From positions 248,001 through 312,000 of the forward strand of contig CBFDEM010000003.1 of assembly GCA_965603825.1 (NCBI GenBank): DNA of 64,000 bases, read 5' to 3'. The DNA is from Blepharisma stoltei ATCC 30299. Its lineage: Eukaryota > Protista > Ciliophora. The translations under genes were made by a program, and so were the position numbers. Shown here one piece after another: positions 1 to 10,525 of this stretch; position 1 is the stretch's first letter, and every line of letters begins with the position of its first letter. The notes under the pieces were generated by a model, which saw only the letters and a list, made by a program, of their open reading frames with translations, was not told where the DNA came from and ran no database searches.

Positions 1-688
1 TGGTGGATATAAAATAAATAGATATAATACTTCAGAAAAATAATTTAAAATTAATTTTAAAATTCCTAACAGATAGGTATGCTGCCTAGCTTTGTGGCAT
101 CAATTATTTTTCTTGTTTTCTGAAATATTTTAGCAGCTTTCTGCTCAGACGCTATGTTGAATTGAAACAAAATATCTTAAAAAATGGAATTTGAAGAATC
201 AAAATTTGAGTATTAACTAAATCAAAACAATTTATAATGAACTTCTCGAAATAAAGTTAATATTTTTGTCATTAATTTTTGATATATTAGCCTGCTATTA
301 GTGTTAATCATAGCAGATTTTGCTAGTCTAAGTATTTATACAGTCTTAATAAATTTTGCATTATTTATCTTTTGTCTGATTTGAATGAAATGGTTTCTAA
401 CGATTTATACTAATGAAAGGAATTATTTACATTGCCTCAAATATTATAAAATTAATATTTTAATATCTAAAAGATACAAATATTTTTATTTTTCATTGAG
501 TTTATATCTATTTTTAAATTTTTACTCAATATTTTTAAGATCATTTTATTTTTTTCTAGAAAACCGAGCTAATTTAACATATTCTTATAATTTTAATTTT
601 ATTACAATCTTATTTATTTTATTTTCTAAAATCATAATATCAACTAATATCTCTCATTTAGCAGTTGGCTGCCGTATTCCTATTCTTT

Positions 689-2374
689 ATGATGGAAGAC
701 AATTATAAAATTATCCAAAACATGAACAATGAAGCAGCCAATATTCTTGAGAACTCAGTTACCAATGCATTGCTCTGTAAATCAAGCGAGAAAAAATCTT
801 TAGAATGCTTAAGCTATACAGAAAAACTCGAATATCTCTTAGAGATCCGAAAAAACGCAGCTACATTTATACAAGTCCAATATAGATTCAGGAGAATGAA
901 AAGAAGTGCGAAGTTTAACTTGATGGTTTTAAGGGTCATGAAAGCCCGAAAAGCAGCCGCAAAGATGATCCAAAAATACATCAGAGGGTGACTAGTTCGG
1001 AACGACCTAAAATTTATTAAAGGAATCGACCAAAAAAAGTTCATTGTTTGGAGACACAGTGGAAAAGATGTAAGTTTGATAGGGAGTTTTACAACACCTC
1101 CATGGGAGGAGGAAATCAAATTAAAATATTCCAAATCTCTTGGGAAATTCATAACCACAATATTATATGACAGACAAATTAAGGCAGGCACATATTGCAT
1201 TAAATTTATTGTTGATGGGGCTATGGTATGCAATGGAGATTTGGCAGTCTCACAAGATATTTCAGGAAATTACAACAATGTAATTGGGGTTAATGACGAT
1301 GCAAAAAAACTATCAAGGTCAATTAGTGTCAGATCTTTCATGGGTATGGGAGCTGTTGATAGTGAGCTATCTAAGCATATAGTAACTCAGGATTCTCAGT
1401 CTCCTATCCTATTGACAAGATCTTTAAGTGGAAATCTAGATTCTCCAAGAGGATTTGGGGTTGTTGAAGACAAAAAATCAAAATCCCCGATATACCTTAT
1501 AATGAGTGGATCAATGGCTGCAAAATCTAAAAAGAAATCAGCACCACTTACAAGCCAAGGAAGTGCAGATGCTTATTTCATCAATGAAGAACTGCAATCA
1601 TTTGGAGTCGCAGATGGAGTTGGTGAATGGGCTACATACGGCTTGGACGCGAGCAGGTTTTCAAAAGAATTAATAAGATATTGTGAACAAGTTTTAATTG
1701 AAACTTTACAGTCTGAATGGCCCAGCATTGAATTTTGTGACTTACTAGAGCAAGTTGTTTGAGAAGCTTACCGAAGAATAGTCTCCTATGGCAGCAGTAC
1801 TCTTCTTTTGGCAATCTGCCGAGACTCATTTTTGTATTCTTTATCTCTTGGAGACTCAAGCTTCATTGTCTTAAGACCTCGAGATGGCTGTAAAGCCCTT
1901 TCTGCAGTCTATCGATCAGTAGAGCAGCAGCACTCCTTTAATTGCCCATACCAGCTAGCAAACCTCCCAAAGCAAAATAAGTACCAAGAATTAATAGACA
2001 AAGGGTTTTCGACCTTAATTGCTCTTCTAAAAAGAACTTCACAGAACATGAATGATTCTCCTTTTGATGGAGAAACTGAAATGATCCCATTAAAAAGTGG
2101 AGATATCATTGTTGCTGGGACTGATGGACTTTTTGATAATATGTATGACCAAGATATCATCAAAGTTGCTGAGCAGGTTTTACAGAGCTATGACCAGGCT
2201 CAGCAAATTGCTGATGTTTTAGCGAGATTACTTGTAGAAAGAGCTGTCCAAAAAGGATGGGATCAATCATATAAGTCGCCTTTTGCTAGGAATGCTGGCA
2301 AAGCTGGAAAGAAATATATTGGTGGAAAGCTTGATGATACAACAGTGGTTGTAGCAATTGCGTTGAGTCCGTAA
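689..2374 (+). CDS. PTC7-type PP2C phosphatase with N-terminal IQ motifs and an AMPK-beta-like carbohydrate-binding module
   Basis: Three same-frame ORFs join through TGA=Trp at 989 and 1760. Motifs: IQVQYR and IQKYIRG(W)LVR (IQ); WRHSGKDVSLIGSF..W..GTYCIKFIVDG (CBM); GVADGVGEW, GSST, LGDS, QQHSFNCPYQL, GTDGLFDN, GGKLDDTTVVV (PTC7). Confidence 0.85.
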
Positions 2375-2530
2375 GCCGTTAAATTCAGATGGGATATGAG
2401 ATATGTCCAGTCTGATTATTTAATTTGTTTATAGAAAATTTTAAAAACTGACTATCTAATATTTTCATATCATTTTTGAGATTTTTATTTAAATAAATTA
2501 TGATGGGGCACTTATAAGTAACAAATTCTA

Positions 2531-3385
2531 ATGTCGGTAGCAAAAAAAAGCTGTAAACCAAGCACAATAAAATTTATCCCTCAACTTCAAAAAACCCCAG
2601 AAGAAGCCAGGCCATGCACCAGAGTCTATAACCCAGAGGAAAATCTCCCATCAAAACGAAACCCTGATCCACTCTCAGATGCTCCTCAAAAGCGAATCCA
2701 AACTGCAGTACCCTTCGCACTTACTGATATAGAATTTTACTTAAAAGAGCTTGACGAAATTTTTACAAATCGAAATAAGCGCGTTGAAATCAATGACTCC
2801 TCCAAACCAAATCCTTCAGAAAAATCAGTAAAAAATGAAGACCTCGTTAAGAGGGAAGAAGAATTGTCAAAGCCTTCTGACAACGAAGCAAGTAAAGTCA
2901 AAATCATAGAGTCAGAAGAAATTATTGTGAACACTGAGAATCTTGGAGATGTTAGGGAAGAAATAAAATTGACACCTGAGGAAACTGCTGAGCTGAAATT
3001 GAAATTTATTGAAGATTTAAATAAAGCGACAAAATTAACCTTTACTCAATTAAACGTGGTTGAAAAATTCAAAATTCCATTTATTCAAGACTCCTGGGCA
3101 TGGCAAGAGAAGAAGCCTGTGATCCGTGACTTTAAAATCAGTCAATTTAAAGGAAACTCTTATGAGAAGTCTAAAGGAAATGTTGGATTATCTAAAAGGC
3201 AGCCTCGCAAGCTGGGTGTTGATATAACTTCTTTACTTGCAGAAATCCCTATTTCATTACGTCCAATTTTCACAGGCTCTTTGATAGTAAAGCCTATAAA
3301 ACTTCAAATAAACATCAGGGCAAACTCATATCAAGAATACAAAAAATTAATAGCCTCACCTCCAATCATAACCCCTGTTGAATAA
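2531..3385 (+). CDS. hypothetical protein
   Basis: 284-aa ATG..TAA ORF with coding-like composition; no motif recognised. Confidence 0.7.
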   Translation: MSVAKKSCKPSTIKFIPQLQKTPEEARPCTRVYNPEENLPSKRNPDPLSDAPQKRIQTAVPFALTDIEFYLKELDEIFTNRNKRVEINDSSKPNPSEKSVKNEDLVKREEELSKPSDNEASKVKIIESEEIIVNTENLGDVREEIKLTPEETAELKLKFIEDLNKATKLTFTQLNVVEKFKIPFIQDSWAWQEKKPVIRDFKISQFKGNSYEKSKGNVGLSKRQPRKLGVDITSLLAEIPISLRPIFTGSLIVKPIKLQINIRANSYQEYKKLIASPPIITPVE

Positions 3386-3409
3386 ATTTAAGTATATTTC
3401 TTTAATTAT

Positions 3410-3973
3410 TTAACTCTTAGAGAATTGTGCCTTGTTCACTGAAATATTTCCATCAATAAGCTCATAAATAAATAAAGTTGCTTCATTTCCTTGGAAGGCC
3501 ATAATGATAAAGCTAGCTTTTACTTCTGCAGTAATCGCTGAATAAGCTCCAGTGGCGCTTCCTGGGTTAATAAAATACTTCCCATCCAAGCTTTCAATTG
3601 ACAAAGCATGAGTGTGTCCTGAAACCAAAATATCACAGTCTAGCTGCCTCTGTAAGTTTCCTAACGCTTCTTTGTCTCCCCAAGGGATAACTTGATGCCC
3701 ATGTATCAGTCCAATTTTCCAATCACCAATACTAACAACTTTGGTTTCTGGTAGGGTTGCTCCTTCATCAAAATCTCCTCTTGTTATATGGATATTTGAT
3801 GCCAAACCTTTAAGCCAATCTGAATACTCACGGCTACCGATGTTTCCAGTGCAAAAAACATGCTGGACTTTGCCAGGAACTAAGAGTTCTTTGAATTTCT
3901 CAGGTAAATCCACAGCTCGCTGAGGGATATGAAGGTCTCCTATAAGCAGAACAAGCTCTCCAAATTGGCTCAT
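3410..3973 (-). CDS. VPS29: retromer subunit VPS29
   Basis: LVLLIGDLHIP, CTGN, RGDFDE, HGHQVIPWGD, SGHTH, INPGSATGA. Confidence 0.97.
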   Translation of the reverse strand: MSQFGELVLLIGDLHIPQRAVDLPEKFKELLVPGKVQHVFCTGNIGSREYSDWLKGLASNIHITRGDFDEGATLPETKVVSIGDWKIGLIHGHQVIPWGDKEALGNLQRQLDCDILVSGHTHALSIESLDGKYFINPGSATGAYSAITAEVKASFIIMAFQGNEATLFIYELIDGNISVNKAQFSKS

Positions 3974-3993
3974 ATTTAATGATTGGCATAAAA

Positions 3994-4815
3994 ATGCTGT
4001 CTAGGAATAGCAAACAGCTCGCTAGAGCTTTCACTTGGGGAGAATATTACCCTAACCGCAATCTTTATGTCGCTGGCGGGCATAAATACAATACTCGTTA
4101 TAAAGACTTCTGGCAACAACATCAAACCTATGGACTGGAAGGCAAAGAGCATACTTACACTCACACTGAAAAAGATTACAAAATCCACAGGCCATGGGAC
4201 ACCTTTATGTTTTGGTTCAAAATCAACATCGCTGGGCAGTGGGATTTCTTCACTTATAGGTACTTAAGAGCGATGGATTACTGCACAATGGCGCTCGCAC
4301 CCATTGGAATTGCAACTTTTGCAGTGTTGGGTGCTGCAGTCTTCAAGCCACTTTACATGTACTCACTGGTGTCGACTGCGGTGCTTTACTATAGGCTCAG
4401 AGACAAATGCTCGCACCCAGAATTTGACGAGCTAGGCATCAAGGATTTGCTTTATTCAAATGAGACTGTGAAGAAATATTTCAATGACCAAAACTCATAT
4501 GTGATTGACCAATATCAAGAGTATGATAAATTCAACATTGATCAATTCCCTGAATATGGAACTAACAAACTAGCAAGATTTTTCAATGTAGACTGCAATA
4601 CAACGACAGGGTATTTGAAGATGTGCGACTTACAAACCGACGCAAGAATGACAGTCCACTTTAAAACCATGCCTTGGAGTGACCAGAAGTTTTTCTGCAC
4701 ACATCCTTTCCTGTTTTATGATTTGTGGGCAGAAATCAACTGCAAAGGTGTGTATGAGAAGATTGTGTTCATTGACCCTAAGAAAGTGAATAAGAAGATA
4801 TTTATCAGTCTTTAA
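3994..4815 (+). CDS. hypothetical membrane protein, probably mitochondrial
   Basis: Basic presequence-like start MLSRNSKQLARAF, followed by two hydrophobic segments. All 7 Trp codons are TGG. Confidence 0.7.
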   Translation: MLSRNSKQLARAFTWGEYYPNRNLYVAGGHKYNTRYKDFWQQHQTYGLEGKEHTYTHTEKDYKIHRPWDTFMFWFKINIAGQWDFFTYRYLRAMDYCTMALAPIGIATFAVLGAAVFKPLYMYSLVSTAVLYYRLRDKCSHPEFDELGIKDLLYSNETVKKYFNDQNSYVIDQYQEYDKFNIDQFPEYGTNKLARFFNVDCNTTTGYLKMCDLQTDARMTVHFKTMPWSDQKFFCTHPFLFYDLWAEINCKGVYEKIVFIDPKKVNKKIFISL

Positions 4816-4958
4816 GAGATTATTATGATAAACCGCTTAGGTTTTAGCTCTATAAGTTCTTCTTTAAATATTCTTCAAATTTTAAAATTAGACACACAGG
4901 TGCTAAAACAAATCTTAAAAATCCCCAATTATTGAAGTATGCTTTTACTTCTTAATAC

Positions 4959-5297
4959 TTATTGCCCAGCGTCCTGAGCTTTCTTAACTGCTTCTGAAGC
5001 GGCCCAAACATCTTTCCATATATCTTGAGATATGACATTCAAACATCTTGAGTTGCATTCCCTAACTCTATTTTTCCCAACAATTTTGCATTTATCATAA
5101 CAACTTTGAGCTGTCTCAAGTGTCGCTTTTTCTTTAGCACGGTACTCTGGAGCTCCTGCATGGAGTACTTCTAGCATCATGAGAGTTTCTCTTTGTTGGC
5201 GTTTGCATTCTTTTCTAGCACCTGTATCTTCATTTCTGCAAGTTCCCTGCAGTGCGCTTAGTACCCCTGACAAAGCAGTCGCGTAGCTTTCAACCAT
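4959..5297 (-). CDS. small Cys-containing helical hypothetical protein
   Basis: 112-aa ORF with spaced Cys pairs (CYDKC, CNSRC). Confidence 0.65.
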   Translation of the reverse strand: MVESYATALSGVLSALQGTCRNEDTGARKECKRQQRETLMMLEVLHAGAPEYRAKEKATLETAQSCYDKCKIVGKNRVRECNSRCLNVISQDIWKDVWAASEAVKKAQDAGQ

Positions 5298-5347
5298 TTT
5301 AATTATTGGTCTTTAATATCAAATGTTTAGTGTTGTTATTGAATTTA

Positions 5348-6490
5348 CTAGAGCATTTCTTCATCACTGTCGTCACCTCCGAACAGTCTTTTAAACATAT
5401 TCATTTTTTCTTCTTTTTCTTGGTCCATTTCTTCAGCCATTTCTTCAAGCTTATCACTTTCCATCCCAGGATCTAATGGACATTCAAATTCCAGCAATTT
5501 ATTTTTGCGAGCCAAAATCTCAGATTTCCTTTCATCGCGGATTTTCATGTTCAAGAGCTTTGAAGGGAGATTACTCGTGCTTACACTTGTGATACCTTTA
5601 GGCACTTTTTTCTTTTTGAGTTGCAGCTTGTTTTCTACTTGTGCATAAGCTGCGACTCCTTTGTCTTCATCAATTCATAATAAAATATCATTTTGATTGG
5701 GGTCATTGAAATAAGAGTATTTATAGTTCCTTAAATGCACCAATGATTTCTCATTCTCCTGCATCTCTTCTGTATTTTCTGGTTCTTCTTCTACATAAAT
5801 GCTCATGACTGGGTCTGCTTCTTCGTCTTCGTGCTCTTTAAGCACAGTGAATTTATTTTTTTCATGTGGCTCTTCATCATATACAAACATCACAAACTCT
5901 GTATGAATATATGATAAGTCAGGAAAAACAGAGTAGACTTTTTCTGCTTTTAAGCCTGGCTTTGTAGGGTGCACAAATTCATTTTTCTCAAACGCAGAAC
6001 AAATTTTGCTGATCCAAGTTTGTGTGTCGTATTCAGCTTCAACGTCAGCTTCGTTTTTGGCTTCTTCTTGGACTGTGGGGTTGGAGTAAACAATTGGCCC
6101 TGCTGGAAGAGTGGATTTTCTCAAATAAAGCGAAGAATTGCTTGCTGAATATTTATTTGCCTTGGATTCTTCTTTGTCTTTTTTAGGCTCTTCGAGTAGT
6201 TCAGCGTCTTCTTTGAGAAGCTCAGCATCAGGCGGTGTATTGTATATCTCAGGGTTAATTAAATCTATTGGAATTCCGAGATCGAGGGGAAGGAGTAGGG
6301 GAGGAGTGTAGTTGGCCTCAAGAGATGTCAGGGAGTATTTTGTAAATCTGTCTTGGTCGAAGGGATAAGCCATGAGTTTCTGCTCACATGGGACCATAGG
6401 GAGTTGGTTGTGAAATCGAAAGGGATGGCAAAATTTTGGGTCTTTTCTAAAGTCGTTTGGGAATTTTTTGCTTTTTGGCTTATCTCCCAT
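5348..6490 (-). CDS. PAF1: RNA polymerase II-associated factor Paf1
   Basis: F-R-F-H-N-Q-L-P, FTKYSLTSLE, DLGIPIDLI and HPTKPGLK match Paf1. Two ORFs join in frame through TGA at 5675. Confidence 0.85.
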
Positions 6491-6751
6491 TTTAATTATA
6501 TTAATGGGAAGAGAAAATTGATAAATTATAATGTAATATTAAGTTTGTGGTAGAGATATGAAGGTATTTTGCCTTGACGAAATCGAATATTGGCATATAA
6601 AGACAATTGGTAAACTTTGGTTTTTAGTATAATAGAAAAGCTTTAGAGACTTTGATATTTAGATTGGCATTAGCCTAAATTTAGACAGACTTGATCTGTA
6701 AATAAAAATTTTTGACGTCAGAATAAGAGAAAGGAACAATAAGTTAAAAAA

Positions 6752-7387
6752 ATGCAAATAGTTATCAAAACTCTAGCTGGTCGTACTATAACACTTGATG
6801 CCGAGCCATCAGATACCATAAGATGCATCAAAAATAAAATTTCATTAAACTTTATTTGTTTAAGGTGTCGAACACCTCGCGCCCAAATGTGACTTGAGCC
6901 AAAAATTTGTGACGTCACTGTTATTTCTGGTCAAAATAGACAGACCAGTCTAAAACTGCCGTCTTTAGCGGATAAACTCACTTGGTGGATTGCCTTCTCT
7001 CTAAACTTAGCTTCTGCACGTATTTCTTATAAGGTCTCCTTCCTCGAGAGTGATGAACAGTAAACCCTTAAGCCTTCTAAACGCTCGAGCAAAGAAAGTT
7101 ATTGAAGATGAAACAAATGCTATTAAAAGAGTATCATTAATTATAGTGTAGAACATAAATAAATTATAGATGTTGAGCCAAGAAACAAAGATGTGCATCC
7201 CTCGCCATTGCTTACTTGCTCCTACTGGATAAAGGAGAAGAAGAAAAAAATTACAAACAAAGAAGGAATTCCACCAGAACAACAAAGATTAATATTTGCA
7301 GGGAAACAGCTGGAAGACGATATAACTTTGGAAGAGTATAGCATCCCAAGGGAATCAACAATTCATTTAGTATTAAGACTCTGCTAG
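6752..7387 (+). pseudogene. ubiquitin-like gene interrupted by a 411-bp insertion
   Basis: 6752-6841 encodes [30 protein letters not shown]. 7253-7387 encodes [44 protein letters not shown]. Joined, they give a colinear 74-aa ubiquitin-like protein without the di-Gly. Confidence 0.88.
6842..7252 (+). mobile_element. insertion, probably the 3' fragment of a non-LTR retrotransposon
   Basis: Flanked by the direct repeat AAAATT (6836-6841 and 7247-7252). It ends in GGAGAAGAAGAAAAAAA, has no TIRs and no GT..AG ends, and carries a short ORF tail ending at TAA 7061-7063. Confidence 0.65.
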
Positions 7388-7470
7388 CCTAATCCAAAGC
7401 TTCAGTTAATATCTTGAATATGTGCTAATAATCTTTATTCCTTGAGTTCGCAGTTCGTTAATTAATTAAT

Positions 7471-8364
7471 ATGTCTTTTAAAGCAGTTAAATCAAGCTCC
7501 AAAAGTATCTTTGAAAGTCCCAGTTCTCGACTCACCACAACTGTGCCCAGCCCTCAAAAAGAGTCTTTCTTTAATTCCACAATGTCATCAAAAGAGCTTC
7601 TAAAAAACCTGTATAATACTCGTTCCAATCAGCGTCGGCGCAGTTCAGCATCTCGGCAATCAGGTTCTTTTGACCAATCAATGGAGTTTAATATGACTTC
7701 TGGCCCAACTTTTAGTTCTACGCAGTCTTACCCACATCGGTTTGCAGCTGACTCCATTCCTCAAGGAAATTTTGATGAAAGGGAATGCTTAAATTCTACA
7801 GAAAAACTCGATAAACAAGCCAAATTTTGCGAAAGTTTAGAAGCAAAGCTTCTCAAAGAAGATTTTTTCAAAGCGAAAGTTACTTATAAAGAACAAAAAC
7901 ATAGAGAATTCAAAGATAATTTAGAACATAATAAAAGGATTGATAAAGAATTTAAAGAAAAAGAAACGAAAAGGGCGCAATCTCAAAGAGCTGAGGAGAG
8001 GAAAAATAAGAAAAAAGAAACTATTGAGCACAAAATTGTTATGCAAAAAATTAAAGATGATGAAATTAGCCAATACAAAGATGGTCTAGATAGAGAAAAT
8101 AAGAAGCATGCACTAGTAGATCAAATAAAAAACGAGCGCAAAGAAAGGGAAAAAACAGAACAACAAGAAGAAAGAGAAAGCTACTTAGATTTCATTCAAT
8201 CTCAACAGACCCGCAGCAATGAAGAAGCCTTAAGAGAAAGAAAAGAACTAGCTTATGATAGATCTGCAAGACTTGTTGGAAACTGAATGAAAGCTCGAAG
8301 AAGGAGTCAAGAAGCAACTGAAAGACTTGACCTCACTTTGAAATTGATTAATAGATATAATTAA
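7471..8364 (+). CDS. charged coiled-coil hypothetical protein
   Basis: The ORF reads through TGA 8284 to TAA 8362-8364. The C-terminal half is a K/E/R-rich helical region. Confidence 0.75.
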
Positions 8365-8377
8365 GATTGTAATAATT

Positions 8378-8827
8378 ATGGCAGGAATTGGAGGCTCAAG
8401 CACACTTTTCGAGGACACAATCAAAGTAACAAGCGTAGACAAAGAAGGGAAGATGTTCCAAAGAGTCTCACGTATTGAAGCCAGCACTGAAATTTTAGAG
8501 ATACAAATTGCCTTAGATATCCACAGTGAGCTTTACCCGATGGAGCCGAATCAATACCACTCCATCATTTTGGCATCTTCTCTAACTCTTGATGGGACTG
8601 AAGATGATGGCTGCTATAGAATTCACGAAAACCAAGCAAACACACTTTTGTCGAAGTTTGACTACTGTATGTATGGAAAGATCTTCAAGCACACTTTAGA
8701 AAGAGGATTATTGGTAGTCTATATCTCCTTTGGTGGGCTACTTATGACGCTTTCGGGACAATCATCAGATTTAGTGCAGTTGGAGCCTGATTCAAATGTA
8801 TACCTACTACTCAGAAAACTATATTAG
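8378..8827 (+). CDS. RPB8: RNA polymerases I/II/III shared subunit RPB8
   Basis: LFEDTIKV, RVSRIEA, LDIHSELYP, DYCMYGKIF, ISFGGLLM. Confidence 0.97.
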   Translation: MAGIGGSSTLFEDTIKVTSVDKEGKMFQRVSRIEASTEILEIQIALDIHSELYPMEPNQYHSIILASSLTLDGTEDDGCYRIHENQANTLLSKFDYCMYGKIFKHTLERGLLVVYISFGGLLMTLSGQSSDLVQLEPDSNVYLLLRKLY

Positions 8828-8843
8828 ATAATTAACTTCAATT

Positions 8844-10262
8844 TTATAAAGCATTTTTAATTATCCAGAAATAATCTTCAAGCCTTTTTAGCGAATATAA
8901 ATCTTCAGTAATTTCGTCATTTTGTGTGTTACCAAACGCGAATTGTTTATAATGTAAATGAGTAGAATTCACAATCTTCAAAATTCCGTATCCTAAGCTT
9001 TCACTTATTAGCGCACTTCATTCTTTAGGGTGATCAGTGACATTAAACACGATTTTTGTATTTTCCAAGTTTCCAGCAACGCCGTTTATTATATGTATTG
9101 GGGCATCAGGATTTATAAAAACTTTTTCTTCTTTTTCGTAATTTTTATGCATCTTTCCAAAACTCACTGGGAAAACTCTTTCATATAGGTGAACATGGCC
9201 ACTCAAATATAAATCTACCTTGAATTTGACAAAAATTTCTTCAAAAGTTTCTCTCATAACTTTTGCTTGAATTCCACAATTTTTCATTATCATGGTTGAT
9301 CATCGGTTAGGGGAGCAATATAAAGGTTTATGCCCCATAACAATAACCCAAGGAAATTCATTTCTGTCTATACTTGATAAAGTGTCGTTTAGCCAGGTCA
9401 TCTGCTGATGCTTTAAATAGTTAAAAATTGCATGATCATAAGGAAATGATTCTGGCTTCATCAAATAGTAGTCGAATTCTGAAGAAATTGCGATAATCGT
9501 TGCTTTGCCAATTGGTAAAGAATAGAATAAAGGAACTGAAAATCTATTGGTGAAGTCTTTAAAAATCTCGGAAATTTCGTGATTTCCTACAACAGGCATA
9601 TAAGGGATTTTGGAAATTAAAGGCTCCAAGTCATTAAGAAATTCATCCCCTCTTGATCCATAGTTACTATACAAATCATAAGCGATGTCTCCCAAGTGCC
9701 AAATACTTGTGAAAGGGGTTGCTTCTTTTAAAATAGCACTTAATACGTGCTGTTTGGGTATTAAAGTATGCTGATCATTTTCGATATCCCCAATATTAGA
9801 TGTGCTTCAGTCCCCTAATACTAGTATTGAAACATTCTCAGACAGCCCAGGATGGGACATAAAGTTTGATGACTTGGAAAAAGTGTTTTCTCCTTTGCAG
9901 CAAGAAATTTCATAAGAGATTTCAATGTTTTCAGGCAAGCTATCAAGAATGATTTTATAGATGTAGCTATTTCTGAGAATATTCGTAGGCTGAGATATAT
10001 TTTTTGTATAATTTAAATAGGTGATTGTGCAATTATTAGCGTTTTCTTTGAGAGTGAATACTAAGGTCGATGAATTGATGGAATGATATGATATGTGAAC
10101 TTGCTGTGGGATGATTTTATTAGGAACTGGCTTCACTTTGATATCAGGGAAATGGACTTCTGCAGGAAAAGTAGCCTTTGAAGAAAGAATATTCATATAG
10201 ATGTATAAAAGAAAAACCAAATAGCCCAGGATCCCTGTCCCTATTAAGAGATCATTTCTCAT
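8844..10262 (-). CDS. purple acid phosphatase-like metallophosphoesterase with an N-terminal TM/signal anchor
   Basis: Three same-frame ORFs join through TGA at 9807, 9300 and 9018. Motifs PQQVHIS, LGD, HLGDIAY, VGNHE, GHKP, GHVHLYER. TAA at 8844-8846. Confidence 0.9.
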
Positions 10263-10525
10263 TCACTATTAGCTTTAAATAAATAGATTTCTTATAAATA
10301 AAAAAATCCTTAATAATACTTAATTTCATTTATTTGCATTAAATAATTCTATTTATCCAATAATTATAGCTTTCCTCTTACAACCTCCATTATTTTTATA
10401 AATATTTCCAAAATATTCTCCGAGGCCAAAATCCCTTTTAATTTTCATTAGAAGCATTAAATTAAAGCTATATAAATTGTTAAGCATATTTTCATTGTTG
10501 TTATTATGGCGAAACTTTTTAATAA

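Noticed and set aside
385-708. 107-aa F/Y/I/L-rich ORF (likewise 38523-38714)
   Set aside because: Low-complexity translation of AT-rich intergenic DNA.
6842-7252. Insert as a spliceosomal intron or TA-bounded IES/MITE
   Set aside because: No GT..AG ends and no TIRs. The alternative ATTA repeat (6844-6847 and 7250-7253) would excise 406 bp and frameshift the ubiquitin.
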